Part shown: positions 58,277-64,000 of the stretch, piece by piece
How the letters are laid out: each line of letters starts with the position of its first letter
How positions within the stretch are numbered: the stretch's first letter is position 1
Assembly (NCBI RefSeq): GCF_009914755.1
Contig: NC_060930.1
Source of the DNA: the human T2T-CHM13v2.0 reference genome, Homo sapiens
Reading direction: 5' to 3' (one strand)
Length of the DNA stretch: 64,000 bases
The notes under the pieces: generated by a model
What the model saw: only the letters and a program-made list of their open reading frames with translations
What the model was told of the DNA's origin: nothing
Database searches by the model: none
Translations under genes and position numbers: made by a program

Positions 58277-59698
58277 ATTTTCTTAGTTAAATGTTAAAAA
58301 TGAATGCAAAAATGTCTATCTTCCAGATTTTAATTATTTCCAGATTAATAACTTGAATTTCTGACCAATAATAGTTTGCCTTAATGTATACTGAATAAAT
58401 GTAAGTCTATTGCTCTGAAGTGAATAGTAGCATATGAATTAAGCATTAACTCAGAACTTTTATTTAAAAGAATCTTCTTAGGCTACATTTAAGATAGAAA
58501 GAGGGTAAGTTCAGTTGTTAGCAACTATGATCTCCATGCTCAGCCAGAAGTTTTAGCTGACTAGTGACAGCTCTACATGAGAATAGCTGGGATGGGAGAC
58601 TCAGAGCCCAGAGACTCAGTATCAGCAGATGGCAGTAAAGGTACATGGCAGAGATGGAGGCACTGAAAGGAATCTGATCCCTACAAAGACTAACTTAAGA
58701 TCTAATTGATAGCATTATTGTTTTACCTCCCTGTTTGTAACAGGGAAACATGGAAAATATATTTCAAAAATTAGACATTAGGCAGTATGGGTGAAACTGT
58801 CCAGAGACATACAGCTTTCCTTACCACTTCACTTATCCAGTGTGATTGTCATGGCTGGGTAAGCAAATTTAAGGAAATGCTGTTTCCTAAAAGTGGGATG
58901 GTTTTCATACAGCCCTATCAACACAGCCATATTTCTTGACATTGTCTGTGCAACTCAGCACAAAATAAATGTTAAACAGTATAAAAAAAGGATCACGCAT
59001 AAAAGCCACAGTGTCAGGACTTTTGTCTAGCAAAAGCAATATAAACACACTGTTTTTAAAAAGCATCCTGTTTTTGCTTAGATCGTCACAGAGTTGGCCA
59101 GCCTGACAGTACAAAGAGCTTTGTATAAAAAGCGCTCCATGACCTCTAATAAGTGATTTTTCTGAGCACTTCCTGCCTCTGGATGATAGTCATGTGGCGG
59201 TCACTAGTTTTAGATTATATTAGTTAGACTTCTCTCTGACAAAACAGCCCAAATACACTTTATAATAAATTACAGAGAAAACCAAGCCATTTTCCTGTGA
59301 TGTACTGATATTAAAAAAGGATCTGTGATGATTCCTGAGGACCACTGAAGCAGAAACTTCACTTACTCCCTTGATTAAACAGAGCAGTCGTCAAGGGAAC
59401 ATACAACCAGCCATCACGAGATACTGGAGATTTTCCAAGAACTGTGATTTTCTTTCCGACTACGCTATCCAATTCACGTGCAATGGGACTCGCAGCATAT
59501 TCTCTAGATTTCATGGTCTCCTGGTAGCGCCTCTAAATGTGTAAATGCCCAGAATTCTCTTGTTTTCTTTAGCCGGTAAAAGCATTCATATAATGACAAT
59601 TACAATTACACAAATATAAATTTGCATCCAGAAAGCTTCCTGTTTTTTTTGACCTGACATCCATTTCTAACCTCTCTGAACATGTTGATGATGAGTGT

Positions 59699-59910
59699 CA
59701 ATGGGATGCTGGAGGAGCCTGGCACTAGCTCGTGAGAGCTAATTTTGCATATCTTTCCCAAATGCCACATTCAGTGAATTCATATTGTTAGCTTGAAATA
59801 TAGGCCATGGTAAAAGTATTTATTCCAGGGAAAGTGGCAAATGCTACAAATCACCACCCCACCCTTTTTTTTTCCCTGAGAGATGATTCTTAAAAACCAG
59901 TATGCCACTG
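59699..59910 (+). mobile_element. MER63A-like hAT-Blackjack MITE
   Basis: caatgggatgctggag...gctcgtgagagc...tagcttgaaat...ggcaaatgctacaaatca...accagtatgccactg, with imperfect TIRs. Confidence 0.75.
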
Positions 59911-62439
59911 AGTTTCTTGAACATTTCTTAGTAGCATTTAAGTATTCACTTAGAACAAGGGCATTAGGAAAGCTGAAAAGCTCAACTTCACTGTTGCCAT
60001 TTCGTTTGAGATTTCAGTAAAAAAAAAATTCTTTTTCTTTTTGGAATCTATTATTTCACAGTTCTAGATTGGGCTAATTCACTCTGATGGTGAATGTAAG
60101 TTCTAAGAATATTACCCTAAAACCTACACATGTTCAGTTTACAAATACGAGATAGTATTTAATTTTATTCTCCACTTCCAGTACTTATTATGTACTCAAT
60201 TTATTTGGTTTTTAGTAGTTTTAGGGGTGTTCACTCCTCTGAGTAATCAATTAAAACTCAGGACTTAAAACATTGATTTCTGATCCTTTCATCTCAAACA
60301 TTTGAACTCACACACACACATATTTTGAAAGAAAGAAGTTTTTTTTTCAAGTTAAAAGACCGTATGGAAAAACTCAATTAGGTAACAAGCAGATCACTTT
60401 ACCAAAATTTAAACAAAAAGTAATTCAGATGATATTGGTAGGTGGAGATTCACTCACATTAGGTGGTAAATGAAAAGGCCATGTGTGTCCCTGCCATTTT
60501 TTTTTTTACAAAGATATGTTACAGTGAGGGATTCTTTTTATAAAATTGCCTTAACATTAAGTATGTAGTTTTTTTGTTTTCTAATAATACTTCAGTTTCC
60601 AAATGGTTGGTACTATTTGCAGTACATAATTTTCCTGACAATGCATTTTACTGAGATTTATGAAGAAACAGAAAATATTTTAATGTTAAGATATTTATAC
60701 TGTATTATGTTTAATCCAGTGAAGTCAGTAATAATCCTAGTTTCACATTTGTATTAAAAATATGAAGAGAGAGTAGATGACTAGAGATGTAAAACATTTA
60801 AATTTCTGAAGCACTCTCTGAGCCAAAGTTGTAAATATACTTATCACTCTAAGTGTAAAAAGGCTACAGTGTGATCCATTGGGTGAGTCTTGGATCAATA
60901 CCTCTTTGGTTTCTGGTTTCTCTACCAGCTAGCACACAGTCTAAATATCCTTTGGCTTGGCTTATTTAGTCTTTTTTTATTTTTTTTTTTTTTGGTTTCT
61001 GAGGTTTTAGGTACACCACTTCCCCTTCTAACTGTCCTTTCTATACCCTTTGTCAAACATGACTCCCCCATCTTTAAAATTTCCTATAGGGAGAGAAGAA
61101 CAGTTAAAACCTTACCCTAGGCAAACTTTCAATTTGGAGATAACCAAGACATGTAAACTTTTAGAAATTCAACCAATATAAAAATAGGTAGAACTGATGA
61201 ATATCTGTAATCTAGGCTTAATGATTGAAAGAAGAGTTACTAGCCCTTCTTTAAGTCAATTTCTTATAAATAGCTTCCACAAGAGCACTTTCAATTTAAA
61301 GATTGAGAAAAATTTAATTGAATAAGTAACCATGATGATGAAAAAAATTGCTTTGTTTTGCACTCTTACAATAGAGATAATAATTCCTGGAGTTGTTTCT
61401 GATAAAAAACAATTACACTAAACATTTTGGAATTTTTCCAGAAGATGATACATAAAATTTGAGTAGAACCAAAATCCACATCTCATATAAAGAGAAAAAT
61501 CACTGATGGTTAGAGACAATGGTTTGAATGTTTTGTACTGCTTTATATAAATAGCAAACTAAATATTGCAAGGCTCATAGGCTCAAGACCACAGGCAAAT
61601 TTAATAAACTCTAAAAATCTATAATCTGTGTTAATTTTATTTATAAAGTCTCAATCCAATAATGATTTAAGGTAGCTTTAAATATAAGGTAAAATAGCAA
61701 AAAATAGAAGAAAAAAAGAAAAAATTGGTAACACAATAAAGGATAAAAGAAATTAGTTTTCAGGGAAATAATTTAAAATACAAATGAAAATAGATCTATT
61801 GATTCAACAGACAAATGATCGAATGCCTATTATATAAGAAATGTAGGTGATAGGTGATGGTGAGGTGAAGGTGAATAAAATTGTTGTAATCTGAAGGTCC
61901 TCACAGAGGGTAAGAAGGAAAGACATTGTCATTCTCTGAGAGGTCAGTTTTCACTGGAACCAGAGGAAGCATAGCCAGGGCACCTGCATCAGCAGCATAG
62001 GTTAGTGTTAATGAGGGCTGACAGGTTTGTGCACCAGCTTCAAGGCTGCATTCAAATAGAGACAGCAAGTAATGCCAGGATGAGTTTACACATAGAACAC
62101 AAGCTGGGACTTCTTGGTTTCCAGGCTTATGAGGCAAAAAGGAAAGTAAGGAATTCTGAGTGCTGAGCTTTGTTGCTTCTAGGAAACAAAGAAACAAACA
62201 AAGGAACTATGTTTTCTCCCATTTTTGGCTTTTTTGCTCCTTTTCTTTAGCAAATTCCATTTCACCACCTGGTACCTTTGGGCTGCTCTGTCCTGCCTCC
62301 TATTAAAAGCAATGCAACCAATCAGGACAGACTGGAATAACATGTTTCAAAGTGACAGAGACCTTCACAGGGGTATGTTTTTATTATTAGCAATAGCTTC
62401 TTATAATCAAATACTGTATAATGGAATTATTTACTTTAT

Positions 62440-62680
62440 TTAATAAACATTTATATAGCATTTATTATAGACCAGGCATTATCTCAAGTACTTTAAAATA
62501 TTACACAGCAGCCACCCTCTGAGATAAATGGAAACATTCTTCCCATTTATAGGTGAGGAAATTGAGGCACCTAGGGGTTAAGTAATTTGCTCAAGGTCAC
62601 AAAGTTCATAAATCACAGTGCTGGGTTATAAACCTGTACGTTGTAGCTCCAGAATCTATGCTATTGGCTGCTGTGTCATA
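62440..62680 (-). mobile_element. MIR
   Basis: cccatttataggtgaggaaattgaggcac...ggttaagtaatttgctcaaggtcaca. Confidence 0.82.
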
Positions 62681-62692
62681 CCTTTTTGATTT

Positions 62693-62975
62693 TTTTTTTT
62701 TTTTTTTGAGACAGGGTCTTGCTCCGTCACCCAGGCTGGAGTGCAGCTCACTGTAGCCTCAATCTCCTGATCACATGCAATCCTCCTGCCTCAGACTCCC
62801 AAGTAGCTGGGACTACAGGCATACATCACTATGCCTGGCTAATTTTTGTATTTTCTGTAGGGACAGGGTCTCATTATGCTGCCAAGGCTGGCCTCAAACT
62901 ACTGTGCTCAAGCTATCTGCCTATGTTGGCCTCCCACAGTGCTGGGATTACAGGTGTGAGCCACCATGCTTGGCC
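62693..62975 (-). mobile_element. AluJ
   Basis: Diverged dimer; TSD ctttttgattt at 62682-62692 and 62977-62987. Confidence 0.93.
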
Positions 62976-64000
62976 TCTTTTTGATTTCTAATGAGGGTAT
63001 TGTACATTTCTTATTCGTCTCTTGTTAGCTAATCTATCTCTGATTAGCAGCAAATGACTAATTATTTAGCTTAACTGAGACAGGAAAGCTTTTCAATTCC
63101 TTTACTTCTGAAGGTATCCCTGTCTCCACCACTCACTCTGTTCTCTTAAGATGGAGGACTCCCTTCTTCCTGTCTCCTTTAATCATAATCTTTCCATCAA
63201 TTGCACTCCGCATGTCCTTGGTCTTTTTTCCTCTAATTCCTGTCCTCTGCTTGAACCTTCCTAGGCTGCTGTCATATCCATCACTAGGACTGAACTCTTA
63301 TATGAGTGCAAAGGCAAGGAGGGAAAGCTGAAAGCAAAATCTGTTGAGACCCCACAAACACTCCTTTCTGGACCTTGTTAATAGCAAGTAACAGGAAGGA
63401 GAGGGAGGCATACTACCACACCCTGTAGTGTTGGTGGCAGGTTCCTGGCAGGGTACCTAGAAGAGAATTACAGTGCCTGACAGGGCTGTGAGAGTGGATT
63501 TATTTGGGAACATCTGTGATCTACAATTGTGGGACTCTCTGCATGCTGGGGGTGGGAGATCTGTGGGTACTGAAGATGTTCAAGAAGCTGCATTACTACA
63601 ATACGAGATTTCATTTGTTTCCATGGTCTGGTGAGGTCTCATAAAAATCAGGTAATGTCATATTATTCCATAGTTGTTGGTTTTGTGTCTGTTTTTCTCT
63701 CTGGCCTTCTGTTCCTCAGGTTCCTCCCTGGTAGCCTCAGCTGTAAGTACAGTACCTGATGCATAATGCACACAATGCACATATGCTGACCTGAAGCCAG
63801 TGTACTTGGGTGATGTGGGACCAAACAGGCCAGTGGAACTGTTTCTTAGACAAACCATTTTTCTTTACCTGCTGTCTGCTCTACCCACAGCCCAGTGACA
63901 ATTCTATCTGCTCTCCCTGTGTGAAAGGTTCATCCTTTAGCACATCTGCTCATTAATATGAAGTGGTGAGAACAGTCAATATGCTCGTAATGATAGACCC

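Overview
This is AT-rich, repeat-dense hominoid (most likely human) genomic DNA from inside the EYS (eyes shut homolog, RP25) gene, which runs on the minus strand. Two coding exons are present: a 109-nt exon at 45274-45382 that the ORF track misses, and a 221-nt exon at 30582-30802. Both have canonical AG/GT sites and splice in frame to give ...YTTPVGSPGVVCMIEMTADGKPPVQKKDTEISHASQ|AYFESMFLGHIPANVQ...NNGTCI, a laminin-G domain end followed by an EGF domain start. Their sizes match my recollection of exons 34 and 35. The rest is intron, containing the 3' part of a HERV-H provirus, a solo LTR7, many L1s of different ages, Alus, MaLR/ERV1 LTRs, Tigger and hAT DNA transposons, and MIRs. Nearly all other listed ORFs are repeat-derived or spurious. 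I found no evidence of a new multi-gene system. The notable signals are mutational and retrotransposition scars: a truncated Alu fused to a perfect 33-bp copy of sequence 3.7 kb away, a twin-primed L1 carrying a template-switch hairpin, a micro 3' transduction, an unexplained ~750-bp insert in an old L1, and candidate CTCF motifs. Repeat subfamily names come from memory of consensus sequences and need RepeatMasker/Dfam confirmation.
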